Source: an uncultured Rikenellaceae bacterium (GTDB lineage Bacteria; Bacteroidota; Bacteroidia; Bacteroidales; VadinHA17). Taken from it: a DNA stretch of 64,000 bases. The notes under the pieces are model-generated. The model searched no databases, had not been told where the DNA came from, and saw only the letters and a list, made by a program, of their open reading frames with translations. Location: contig CAZDOM010000002.1 of assembly GCA_964507015.1 (NCBI GenBank), positions 4,038 to 68,037 of the forward strand, read 5' to 3'. The first letter of the stretch is position 1, and the number at the start of each line of letters is the position of its first letter. This document shows positions 29,338-38,170 of the stretch, piece by piece. The position numbers were made by a program, and so were the translations under genes.

Positions 29338-29890
29338 TCAAAATCTTCTTCCTTAATCCTGTATATGACCCAACTCTTCTCTGAAGTATAACCCTTGCCC
29401 GTGAGAGGTTTGATTTTGAAGTTCCTTCCGAAATATTAATCATTTTGCTGATCTCTTTGTGCGAATAACCTTCAATAGCAAAGAGATTGAATACCATTCT
29501 GTATTTGGGTGGCAGCTCCCTGATAATTCCCAGAAGGTCACCTGCTTCAAGCCCTGAATAATCTTCATTATCAGGATCAGCATCGGGTTCCGGGATATCG
29601 TCAATATCATCAACCCTGTAAAGGTTATGTCTGGAACGGTATTTCTCCAGCGCTGTATTAACAATTATCCGGCGGATCCAGCCCTCAAACGAACCCTCAT
29701 GTTTGTAATGAACAAGGTTTTCAAAGATCTTGATGAAACCCTCCTGTAAAACATCTCTCGCCTCTTCATCATTACCTGAATACTGAAGACACACGGTATA
29801 TAGTTTAGCCGCATATCTCCTGTACAGAAGTTCCTGATCCCTTCTGTGGCCCTTGAGACAACCGTTTATTATATTTTTAATCTCCGACAA
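29330..29890 (-). CDS. ECF-subfamily RNA polymerase sigma-70 factor (TTG start)
   Basis: Region 2 reads LLYRRYAAKLYTVCLQY...DVLQEGFIKIF. The region 4 helix-turn-helix reads GYSHKEISKMINISEGTSKSNLSRAR. There is no in-frame ATG upstream (a TGA lies 15 codons upstream), so TTG at 29888-29890 is the first canonical start. Confidence 0.85.
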   Translation of the reverse strand: MSEIKNIINGCLKGHRRDQELLYRRYAAKLYTVCLQYSGNDEEARDVLQEGFIKIFENLVHYKHEGSFEGWIRRIIVNTALEKYRSRHNLYRVDDIDDIPEPDADPDNEDYSGLEAGDLLGIIRELPPKYRMVFNLFAIEGYSHKEISKMINISEGTSKSNLSRARVILQRRVGSYTGLRKKILNG

Positions 29891-29996
29891 GGCTTTCGTT
29901 ACCTGTAAGAGTATAAAAATACAAATAAATCATCTCAAAACCTGCAAATCAGGTATAAGATTGATGAAGAAACCATAAAAAAGGTTGCTTTATGTT

Positions 29997-30090
29997 AAAA
30001 AAGGCGGCAGGCGGCAGGCGGCAGGTGGCAGGTGTTGGGCCAGATTAACTGCCTGAAGCCTGAAGCCTGATGCCTTGCGCCTGAAGCCTG
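29997..30090 (-). terminator. Long imperfect hairpin built from 7-nt tandem repeats plus a T-run; terminator of lpd
   Basis: The left arm at 30003-30034 is (GCGGCAG)x3-GTGGCAG-GTG. The right arm at 30051-30090 is GCCTGAA GCCTGAA GCCTGAT GCCTTGC GCCTGAA GCCTG. On the minus strand the hairpin is followed by TTTTTT (29997-30002). The element starts directly after the lpd stop codon at 30091. Confidence 0.55.
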
Positions 30091-31482
30091 TTATAAATGT
30101 ATCACTTCACCATAAGCTGCAGCTGCTGCTTCCATAATAGCTTCTGACATAGTAGGATGCGGGTGTACCGCTTTAATTATCTCCTGTGCAGTAGTTTCCA
30201 GCTTTCTTGCCAGCACAATTTCAGAAATCATTTCCGTAACATTCTCTCCTATCATGTGGGCTCCCAGCAGCTCGCCATAAGCATCATCAAAAATAAGTTT
30301 GATAAAACCATCCTTTGAACCTGAAGCACTTGCTTTCCCGGAAGCTGTAAAAGGAAATTTACCTACTCTTACCTCATAACCGGCCTCCCTTGCTGCTGCT
30401 TCCGTAAGACCACACGATGCGATCTCGGGACTTGTATAGGTACAGGCAGGGATATTCTTGTAATCGAGTGGTTCAACATTCCTGCCGGCAATTTTTTCAA
30501 CACATATTATCCCTTCCGATGATGCCACATGTGCAAGGGCAGGTCCAGGGACAATGTCTCCAATAGCATAAATACCGTCAACCGATGTACGGTAAAACTC
30601 ATCAACAACCACTTTACCGTTTTCTTTTTTCACTCCGGCTTTTTCAAGGCCTATTCCTTCAATATTTGTTGTTACACCAACAGCTGACATAACGATTTCT
30701 GTTTCGAGTGTCTCAATACCTTTCGGAGTCTTAATCTCAACCAGGCATTCTTTCCCTGAAATGTCAACCGACACGACCTCAGAGTCTGCCAGTATCTTCA
30801 TTTTAAGTTTCTTAAAAGATCTCTCAAGTTGTTTTGAGATCTCCTCGTCCTCATTTGGAACCAACCGTGGCAGGAATTCTACAAGTGTTACATCTGTTCC
30901 TATTGCCTGATAGAAATTAGCAAATTCACTGCCAATAGCCCCGGAACCGACAATAACCATAGAGGAGGGTTGTTCGGAAAGCGTCATTGCTTCTCTGTAT
31001 CCGATTATTTTCTTTCCATCCGGCTTAAGGCTGGGCAGTTCTTTTGACCGTGCCCCCGTTGCAAGAATGATATGACTGGCTTTAATATTTGTAATCTCTC
31101 CTTTTTTACTTTCAACCTCAACACTATTGGGTCCTGATAACATGCCAAATCCGCTGATGTGGGTTATATTGTTTTTTTTAAACAGAAACTGGATTCCTTT
31201 ACTCATTCCTTCAGCAATACTGCGACTCCTAGCAATCATTGCACCAAAATCGGCTTTTACTTCCCCTTCAATTCTGATACCATAATCAGAAGCATGTTTC
31301 ATATATCCAAAAACCTGTGCGCTTTTAAGCAAAGATTTCGTTGGAATACATCCCCAGTTGAGACATATCCCACCCAGTTCTTCTCTCTCAACAACAGCAA
31401 CTTTCATATTCAGCTGTGATGCCCTGATGGCAGCGACATATCCCCCGGGGCCACTGCCAATTATAATAAGATCATAATCCAT
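30091..31482 (-). CDS. lpdA: Dihydrolipoyl dehydrogenase
   Basis: The FAD motif is IIGSGPGGY, the redox-active disulfide is GGICLNWGCIPTK, the NAD motif is VGSGAIGSE, and the C-terminal interface motif is HPHPTMSE. Confidence 0.92.
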   Translation of the reverse strand: MDYDLIIIGSGPGGYVAAIRASQLNMKVAVVEREELGGICLNWGCIPTKSLLKSAQVFGYMKHASDYGIRIEGEVKADFGAMIARSRSIAEGMSKGIQFLFKKNNITHISGFGMLSGPNSVEVESKKGEITNIKASHIILATGARSKELPSLKPDGKKIIGYREAMTLSEQPSSMVIVGSGAIGSEFANFYQAIGTDVTLVEFLPRLVPNEDEEISKQLERSFKKLKMKILADSEVVSVDISGKECLVEIKTPKGIETLETEIVMSAVGVTTNIEGIGLEKAGVKKENGKVVVDEFYRTSVDGIYAIGDIVPGPALAHVASSEGIICVEKIAGRNVEPLDYKNIPACTYTSPEIASCGLTEAAAREAGYEVRVGKFPFTASGKASASGSKDGFIKLIFDDAYGELLGAHMIGENVTEMISEIVLARKLETTAQEIIKAVHPHPTMSEAIMEAAAAAYGEVIHL

Positions 31483-31526
31483 ATATTTGATTTTCTAAAT
31501 GTTAAATAAGTAATTAAATTTTACAA

Positions 31527-32357
31527 TTAATCATTTAATATTAAACCCTTTTTATACAATATTTGTTTAAAAAGTTTTGCAATACCCCATATAACTACCA
31601 GGGTGAAGATTATTGTAGCCCCTGCCGGTATTCCTGCAAAATATGAAATTGCATAACCGGTAGCTGTCCCGGCAAATCCTGCTGCCATTGAATAGATGAT
31701 TATCCTTGAATAAACCCTGGTGAAAATCATAGCTATATTTGGTGGTATGGTAAGGAGTGAAAGTACAAGAATGACACCGGCCATCCTGATATTCAGCACA
31801 ATAGTAAGAGCTACCAGGGATGTTGTAATGTATTTAAAGATATTCACATAGGGTGAATAAGTCCTGGCAAATGTCTCATCGTATGATATATATAAGATCG
31901 TACGATAGAATATTGTAAAATAGGAAATAAGAATGATCGACATTATTCCGAGTGCAATAATATCTGCGTATGTTACGGTGAGTATACTCCCGAAGAGGTA
32001 ACTCATAAGGTCAGGAGAATAGCCCGGAGTAAGGTAAATAAATATTATTCCTATTGCCATCCCGAATGCCCACAGAATTCCTATCGCGGAATCCTCCCTT
32101 ATCTTATGCCTCACCGACAGATATTCGACTCCGAGCGCTGATAATACACCAAAGATTGCAGCTCCCACAACAGGATTAAATCCGGCAAAATATCCAATAC
32201 CTATTCCACCGAATGAGGCATGTGTTATTCCTCCGCTCAGAAATACCATTCTGCGTGTAACTATATAAGTTCCTGCAAGTCCTGCGGTTATACTTGCAAA
32301 AAGGGCTCCCAGGAGTCCCTTCAGAATAAATTCATATTGAAAAATATTTATATCCAA
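31527..32357 (-). CDS. znuB: Metal (Zn/Mn-type) ABC transporter permease
   Basis: The protein has 8-9 predicted hydrophobic helices and is ABC-3 family-like. It lies in an operon with an ATPase and a His-rich binding protein. Confidence 0.65.
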   Translation of the reverse strand: MDINIFQYEFILKGLLGALFASITAGLAGTYIVTRRMVFLSGGITHASFGGIGIGYFAGFNPVVGAAIFGVLSALGVEYLSVRHKIREDSAIGILWAFGMAIGIIFIYLTPGYSPDLMSYLFGSILTVTYADIIALGIMSIILISYFTIFYRTILYISYDETFARTYSPYVNIFKYITTSLVALTIVLNIRMAGVILVLSLLTIPPNIAMIFTRVYSRIIIYSMAAGFAGTATGYAISYFAGIPAGATIIFTLVVIWGIAKLFKQILYKKGLILND

Positions 32358-33104
32358 TCAGCTATGTGTTTTCAGTACAGTATGAGGGACATCCCCATGA
32401 GTAATAAGTTTTATGGGGCAGCCATAGGCGGCCAACTGTTCATTTGTTATTTCTGATGACGGGTGATAGTGAAGCCCCTTGTTCACACATGCAAACGATC
32501 TTACATGTGCTGATATCATTCCTATATCATGAGATACCATGAGTATGGCCATCCGTTTGTTCAAATCCTTAAGTTTATCATAAAACTCTATTTCAAAATT
32601 CGAATCTACAAAGTTTCCCGGTTCATCAAGTAAGAGTAATGAAGGATTTCCAATTATGGCTCTTCCGAGAAAAACTTTCTGTAACTGCCCACCCGATAAC
32701 TCATTCAAAGATGCTTTTGCTATCTCCCTCAGTCCAAGTTCATCAATAACCTCTTCGGCTCTCTTTCTGTCAGACAATGACATTTTTGAGATAATCTTCT
32801 TGCTTATCATCATACCTGAAAGGATTACATCGGTCACAGATACCGGATAGGTTATATCACCTGTAGAAAGTTGTGGGAGGTATCCTATTCCACTTCCGTT
32901 TTTCAGACTCTTGTTAAAGATAATTTTACCGCTAACAGGTTTTATTAATCCCAGTATAATTTTAAGAAGTGTCGTTTTCCCGCCACCGTTGGGCCCAATA
33001 ACACCTATATAATCGTTCTCACTGACCTTAAAGTATACATCCTTTAGGGCAAAAATGTTATCATAGGCCATCGATATGCCGTTCATTTCAAAGAGATAAT
33101 TCAT
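32358..33104 (-). CDS. znuC: Metal ABC transporter ATP-binding protein
   Basis: Walker A is GPNGGGKTT, the signature is LSGGQLQK, and Walker B is LLLLDEP. It abuts the permease start with no gap. Confidence 0.7.
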   Translation of the reverse strand: MNYLFEMNGISMAYDNIFALKDVYFKVSENDYIGVIGPNGGGKTTLLKIILGLIKPVSGKIIFNKSLKNGSGIGYLPQLSTGDITYPVSVTDVILSGMMISKKIISKMSLSDRKRAEEVIDELGLREIAKASLNELSGGQLQKVFLGRAIIGNPSLLLLDEPGNFVDSNFEIEFYDKLKDLNKRMAILMVSHDIGMISAHVRSFACVNKGLHYHPSSEITNEQLAAYGCPIKLITHGDVPHTVLKTHS

Positions 33105-33106
33105 CT

Positions 33107-33985
33107 TCAGTCTGTTTGGATATTTCCTGTAAAACTCCTATGTAATTCAGTTATAATAAATTTTATTGCTTCATACCAATCTTCCGAAAGCGGATCAATC
33201 ACTATAATATCAGCATCAATTTCATCAGCAATTGATCTGGCATGTCTTTTATCATACTCCTTCTGGATAAATATTGTCCTGATATTCTCTGCCCTGGCAA
33301 TATCAATAAGTTCCCTGAATCTTGATGGCGGAGGTTCCTTACCCTCAAATTCAACCGCTATCTCATTAAAACCATAATCCCGGGCAATATATGCAAGGTT
33401 AGGATGGTATATCATAAAAGAGCGTCCGTTTGCATTTGAAAACAATGAATCTGCAAGTCTGTCCAATTCTGATATCTTTTTATGCAGAATTTCATAATCC
33501 GATTCATAATTGCTTTTTCTGTTCGGATCTAATGTACAAAGAAGATCCAGCACAGATTCAGCCATTGAATAAGCGCTTTTCGGGGAGACCCAGTAATGGG
33601 GATCAATGTCTTCATTATGATCACCATTATGATTGTGGATGGAGGTTATCGGATCTATTTTTTCGCCAAGTGATACCTTTACTATATCTTTATTTATCTC
33701 CTGAAACCGGCTGAGCCATGCTTTTTCAAATCCCATGTAACCGTTACTTATGAAGGCTTTCGATTTGCTCAGATCAATTACTTGCTCAGGAAAGGGTTCA
33801 TAATTATGCGGATTTGAACCAGATGGCACAATGACATTAATATTAAAGTCGGCACCTCCTATTTCTCTTACAAAGTATTTAAAAGGGGCTATGCTGACTG
33901 ATATAATGTCTTTATCTGTTCCTGAAGACCCAGTATTGCAAGATGGAAGAATAACCAGAAGAGAAAAAATAAGTATCCGTCTCAT
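33107..33985 (-). CDS. znuA: Metal ABC transporter substrate-binding lipoprotein (ZnuA-like, His-rich loop)
   Basis: The lipobox is ILPSC. The TroA-like fold is supported by the metal-site-style NPHNYEP motif. The His/Asp-rich loop HNHNGDHNEDIDPH is typical of zinc-specific members. Confidence 0.7.
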   Translation of the reverse strand: MRRILIFSLLVILPSCNTGSSGTDKDIISVSIAPFKYFVREIGGADFNINVIVPSGSNPHNYEPFPEQVIDLSKSKAFISNGYMGFEKAWLSRFQEINKDIVKVSLGEKIDPITSIHNHNGDHNEDIDPHYWVSPKSAYSMAESVLDLLCTLDPNRKSNYESDYEILHKKISELDRLADSLFSNANGRSFMIYHPNLAYIARDYGFNEIAVEFEGKEPPPSRFRELIDIARAENIRTIFIQKEYDKRHARSIADEIDADIIVIDPLSEDWYEAIKFIITELHRSFTGNIQTD

Positions 33986-34010
33986 AAAATCATATTACCG
34001 GTGCAGGGTA

Positions 34011-34018
34011 CAAATTTA
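34011..34018 (-). promoter_or_regulatory. Candidate -7 box TAAATTTG for the znuACB operon
   Basis: The plus strand reads CAAATTTA. It lies 25 nt upstream of the start codon at 33985. Confidence 0.35.
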
Positions 34019-34109
34019 ACATATAACAGAACAAAAGGTTTAGGTGTTGTAAATAAAATAATATACGCTATTTTTGAGTCTGATTATTGGAAATAGCCCT
34101 CATGGCCGG

Positions 34110-34604
34110 ATGAAAAATAAAGGAGAGATACTTGCAGCGATACTGCAGGAATTTAAAAATTGCTATTTTTTCCTCCATAACACCAAAGAATTTGCTGTTG
34201 TAGAAAAGATAATGGAAGATGGATTTATCTTTGAAAGCCAGCTCCCACATTCGACTGACCGGGTCAATCCTAATGATCCAATCGAAGTCACATATTTCCT
34301 TTTCCAGAGAAAAGATTATGGATTTTATTCAATTGTTATTGCCATTCCAAAAAAAATATACGAATTATACTCAGATATATCAAATCAGTATGACACAGGC
34401 ATAGAGGAAGTTATGACCATTTCTGATCCTTATTACGGCGATAATGATGAATTGATCTTTACTTTATCACCTAAACATATTCTTGGCTACTTTGATATTA
34501 AAACAAGTGAATTTTATAAGAACAATAACTGGGATCCCTCCTTTAACAATAATGAATTCAGACCACCGGCACAAAGACCTGCTAAACCTGAAAAAAGTAA
34601 TTAA
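34110..34604 (+). CDS. Hypothetical cytoplasmic protein (~164 aa); no recognisable motifs
   Basis: This is an ORF with an ATG at 34110 (MKNKGEILAAILQEF...). There is no signal peptide. The tail is Pro/Asn-rich. Codon usage and spacing are consistent with co-transcription with the downstream M14-like genes. Confidence 0.5.
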   Translation: MKNKGEILAAILQEFKNCYFFLHNTKEFAVVEKIMEDGFIFESQLPHSTDRVNPNDPIEVTYFLFQRKDYGFYSIVIAIPKKIYELYSDISNQYDTGIEEVMTISDPYYGDNDELIFTLSPKHILGYFDIKTSEFYKNNNWDPSFNNNEFRPPAQRPAKPEKSN

Positions 34605-34620
34605 CATAATATATTCCGAT

Positions 34621-36318
34621 ATGAAAAAACCTTTACTCTATTTTATACTGACAATCATCGGATCCTTCTTTTTAATGTCATCCGGTCTGTTTGCTCAGTA
34701 CAACAACCACATGGTAATGATGCAAAAAGCAGAAGCTCTGGCAAAGAATTATCCTTCGCTGTGCTCAGTCCGTTCTCTAATAAAAAGTGATGGTGGCCGG
34801 GATATAATAGTAATTACTATCGGCACAGGTGACCACGAAAACAAACAGGGGATAGCCATATTGGGAGGTATAGAGGGGAATCACATTCTGGGTAAAGAGC
34901 TTGCGCTTGGTTTTGCTTCTTCACTGCTTAAAGAATCGGGATTGGATGAGATAAAGTCATTACTGGAAAAGATAACTTTCTATGTTTTCCCTGATGTGAG
35001 TCCTGATGCAACTGAACAATACTTTTCACAAATAAAATATGAAAGAACCACAAACACCAGGCCAACTGATGAAGACAGGGATTTCAAAACAGACGAAGAT
35101 CCTTTTGAAGATCTTGATAATAATGGAATGATAACACTTATACGGGTTCTTGATCCAGCCGGATCATTTATGGAATGTATTGATAATAAGATGGTTATGG
35201 AGCTTGCCGACCTGTCAAAAGGACAAACAGGTTCATATTTTGTTTACTCCGAAGGTATTGATAATGATAAGGATGGTTTATTCAATGAGGATGGACCGGG
35301 AGGAGTTAATTTTAACCGGAACCTTACTTATAATTATGAGGAATTCGGGGTAAATGCAGGGTTACACCCTGTTTCAGAACCTGAAACAAAAGCTGTACTT
35401 GATTTCCTATTCGATCATTTTAATATTTTTGCCACTTTTGCATTCGGGCCACAGGATAACCTGGCACAGCAGGGCCCTCCAGAGCGCCAACAAGGTTCAC
35501 GTGAACAGGTATCAGAGGAGGGACAGACTCTCACCGCGGGTCAGACCTCTTCCCGAAACCAGGGAAGAAGGATGAGACAAAACAGAAAGATCACAAGTGT
35601 CCTTAAATCTGATGAAGCCATAATACAACTTGTATCAGAAAGATACTGTAAAATAACAGGTGTTAATGGATCCCCGACAAAGGTTTCTGCACCCGGAAAT
35701 TTCATGGACTGGTCATACTATCATTACGGACGTTACAGTTTCAGCACACCTGCATGGTGGTTCCCTGTGGAAAAAAACAAGAACAGGGAGGCCTCATTTC
35801 TGAAATTTGCTGCAGATAATAACATGGACGATCTGTTTGTTCCATGGACTGAAATAGATCACCCTGATTTCCCGGGGAAGAAAACAGAAGCAGGCGGGAT
35901 AAAACCTTTTGTAATGACAAATCCTCCTGCTGATAAACTCGAAGAATTGATAACAAATAATTACAAATTCATTGTTAATATCGCCGGGATGCACTCTGAG
36001 CTGGAATTTCTTGATACAAATGTTGAAGATCTGGGAGATAATCTCTTCAGGGTCTCTGTGAAAGTACATAACCGTGGAATTTTCGCTACATGTACAGAAG
36101 CAGGTGAAAATAATATGTGGACAAGGATAATGAGGATAAGTGTTGAAACAGCTAATAACCAGAAGTTTATGAGTGGCCTTAAGGTGCAAAATATTCCGCG
36201 ACTCGAAGGTGACTGCTCAAGTGAATTCACCTGGCTTATTCTTGGTAAAGGAGCTGTTAAAATTACTGCAGGTGCAATAAATACAGGATTTATAAACACA
36301 ACTATTGACCTGAAATAA
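34621..36318 (+). CDS. M14 carboxypeptidase-like protein, probably catalytically inactive, secreted
   Basis: A signal peptide starts at the ATG at 34621. The protein is a paralogue of the next gene, sharing DxDxDG-type inserts (GIDNDKDGLFNEDGPGG). The HxxE zinc motif position reads E85-G-N-H88, and the third ligand position reads ATFAFGP instead of TFHNSGG. Confidence 0.7.
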   Translation: MKKPLLYFILTIIGSFFLMSSGLFAQYNNHMVMMQKAEALAKNYPSLCSVRSLIKSDGGRDIIVITIGTGDHENKQGIAILGGIEGNHILGKELALGFASSLLKESGLDEIKSLLEKITFYVFPDVSPDATEQYFSQIKYERTTNTRPTDEDRDFKTDEDPFEDLDNNGMITLIRVLDPAGSFMECIDNKMVMELADLSKGQTGSYFVYSEGIDNDKDGLFNEDGPGGVNFNRNLTYNYEEFGVNAGLHPVSEPETKAVLDFLFDHFNIFATFAFGPQDNLAQQGPPERQQGSREQVSEEGQTLTAGQTSSRNQGRRMRQNRKITSVLKSDEAIIQLVSERYCKITGVNGSPTKVSAPGNFMDWSYYHYGRYSFSTPAWWFPVEKNKNREASFLKFAADNNMDDLFVPWTEIDHPDFPGKKTEAGGIKPFVMTNPPADKLEELITNNYKFIVNIAGMHSELEFLDTNVEDLGDNLFRVSVKVHNRGIFATCTEAGENNMWTRIMRISVETANNQKFMSGLKVQNIPRLEGDCSSEFTWLILGKGAVKITAGAINTGFINTTIDLK

Positions 36319-36376
36319 GTAATATTCTCAAAACAATTTTACAAGTCACTGTTTCATAATAGAAAACAAATTACAC

Positions 36377-38098
36377 ATGAAAAAGATATTTTTAACTCCC
36401 CTAATTACATCAGCACTGTTACTAATCACAATTCCTGCAATTTCCCAGGGTGAGGAGCTATTTTTTAAAGCTGCCGGAACCCCTGCAAATCCCAGGGTCC
36501 AGGCATCATGGAATAAATATTATACGGTTGCCGGAATCGAAGATTTCTGTAAAAAGATGGCTGCAGCATATCCGAATCTTGTAACTCACAGTTCTATCGG
36601 AAAGTCTTACCAGGGCCGTGATATAAATATTCTGATCATTTCTGACAAAAAAACCGGTGACCCGGGGCAAAAACCAGGCTTCTGGATCGACGGCAATATT
36701 CATTCTATAGAACTTCAGGGTGCTGAAATGGCCATGTACACTGCATGGTACCTTTGCGAGATGTATGATGAGAATAAATTTATAAAGGAACTCCTTACTG
36801 ACAAAACATTTTATATAACACCAACCATTAATCCTGATGCACGGGAATACTTTACATCCGTAGGAGTGCCTCCCAGGTCAGGGCTGATGCCATGGGACAG
36901 TGACCGTGACGGCCTCTATGATGAAGATGGAGCAGATGACCTTAACGGTGATAAGAATATCAGCCAGATGAGAAGATTAAAACCTGATGGTGGATTTATT
37001 ACTGATCTGAAAGATCCCCGCAGGATGATACGTGTAAAACCGGGAGAAAAGAGTGATTATGAATTACTCGGAACCGAGGGGATAGATAATGACGGTGATG
37101 GATTGATTAACGAGGATGGCATAGGCGGGTATGACGGTAACCGGGACTGGGGGTTCAACTGGGAACCAAATTATGTACAGTATGGAGCTAACAAATATCC
37201 ATTTTCAGAACCGGAAAATAAGGCAATGCTTGATTTTATTGTAAATCACAGGAATATAGCCGCTGCACAGACATTCCATAATTCTGGGGGGATGATACTG
37301 AGGGGCCCTTCAACGGAAGGAGGAGGTGCTGAAATATACAGCCGGGAAGATGACGAAGTCATTAATGCAATAGGCAAGACAGGTGAAAAAATGATACCTG
37401 GCTATCAGCTTCTTACAATCTGGAAAGACCTATATACTGTTTATGGCGGAGAATTAGACTGGTGGCACGGCGCCATGGGTTGTTTTGTCTATTCCAATGA
37501 GTTGTGGAACAGCTACCTCATGTTTTATGACACCAGCAACTACGATCAGTATGAATTTGAACGGCTCCTCCTCTTCGAGGATTCATTCATACCATGGCAA
37601 AAGGTAAACCATCCTGTTTACGGAGAGATTGAAATAGGTGGCTTCAGCAAGAATTTCGGCAGACTTCACCCCGGATTTATGCTGGAAACAGATGCCCACC
37701 GCAATGCTGCTTTCTGTATTTACAATGCTTATCAAACACCGAAACTGGAAATCTCAGATGTAAAAGTAAAAAAACTGGATGGGAGCCTCAAGGAGGTAAC
37801 TGCCAAAATATCCAACAAACGAATGTTACCAACACACTCTGCAAGCAACCTGAAATATAAAATTGATCCGCCCGATTATGTTTATCTCGACGGGGCAACA
37901 GTAATTGCAGGAATGATCGTTGAAGATGCTGACCTTAATATTGTAACTGAACAGAAGAAAGATCCTCAGCGCCTGGAGATTATGAATATCCCCGGATACC
38001 AGAACGTTGATGTCAGGTGGATCATTAAAGGAGGGAATGATTATACAATAAGGGCAGAAAGTGTAAAAGGAGGAAATGCTTCCTTCAGGATAGAATAA
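36377..38098 (+). CDS. M14-family zinc carboxypeptidase, secreted
   Basis: There is a signal peptide. The HxxE motif is present (GNIHSIELQG, cat at 36701, gaa at 36710). The third ligand context is QTFHNSGGMIL. Ca-binding-like inserts are DSDRDGLYDEDG and GIDNDGDGLINEDG. Confidence 0.8.
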   Translation: MKKIFLTPLITSALLLITIPAISQGEELFFKAAGTPANPRVQASWNKYYTVAGIEDFCKKMAAAYPNLVTHSSIGKSYQGRDINILIISDKKTGDPGQKPGFWIDGNIHSIELQGAEMAMYTAWYLCEMYDENKFIKELLTDKTFYITPTINPDAREYFTSVGVPPRSGLMPWDSDRDGLYDEDGADDLNGDKNISQMRRLKPDGGFITDLKDPRRMIRVKPGEKSDYELLGTEGIDNDGDGLINEDGIGGYDGNRDWGFNWEPNYVQYGANKYPFSEPENKAMLDFIVNHRNIAAAQTFHNSGGMILRGPSTEGGGAEIYSREDDEVINAIGKTGEKMIPGYQLLTIWKDLYTVYGGELDWWHGAMGCFVYSNELWNSYLMFYDTSNYDQYEFERLLLFEDSFIPWQKVNHPVYGEIEIGGFSKNFGRLHPGFMLETDAHRNAAFCIYNAYQTPKLEISDVKVKKLDGSLKEVTAKISNKRMLPTHSASNLKYKIDPPDYVYLDGATVIAGMIVEDADLNIVTEQKKDPQRLEIMNIPGYQNVDVRWIIKGGNDYTIRAESVKGGNASFRIE

Positions 38099-38103
38099 AA
38101 AAT

Positions 38104-38134
38104 GGGGCCACCCACATTATCAGGCCCCAATTTT
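38104..38134 (+). terminator. Rho-independent terminator after the M14 gene
   Basis: The stem GGGGCC (38104-38109) / GGCCCC (38123-38128) is followed by AATTTT. Confidence 0.45.
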
Positions 38135-38170
38135 AAGGAATGAAATAAAACTCTGAAGAGGGATTGATAT

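Noticed and set aside
30003-30090. Possible CRISPR-like or minisatellite array, also considered for 41114-41180
   Set aside because: The repeat unit is only 7 nt with no spacers. The two halves are inverted complements forming a hairpin followed by a T-run at a gene 3' end. I interpret it as an unusual terminator or structured element, not CRISPR.
35794-36299. Two overlapping - strand ORFs (131 and 112 aa)
   Set aside because: Both are antisense to the C-terminal half of the M14-like gene. They are mutually overlapping in different frames and show no recognisable features.
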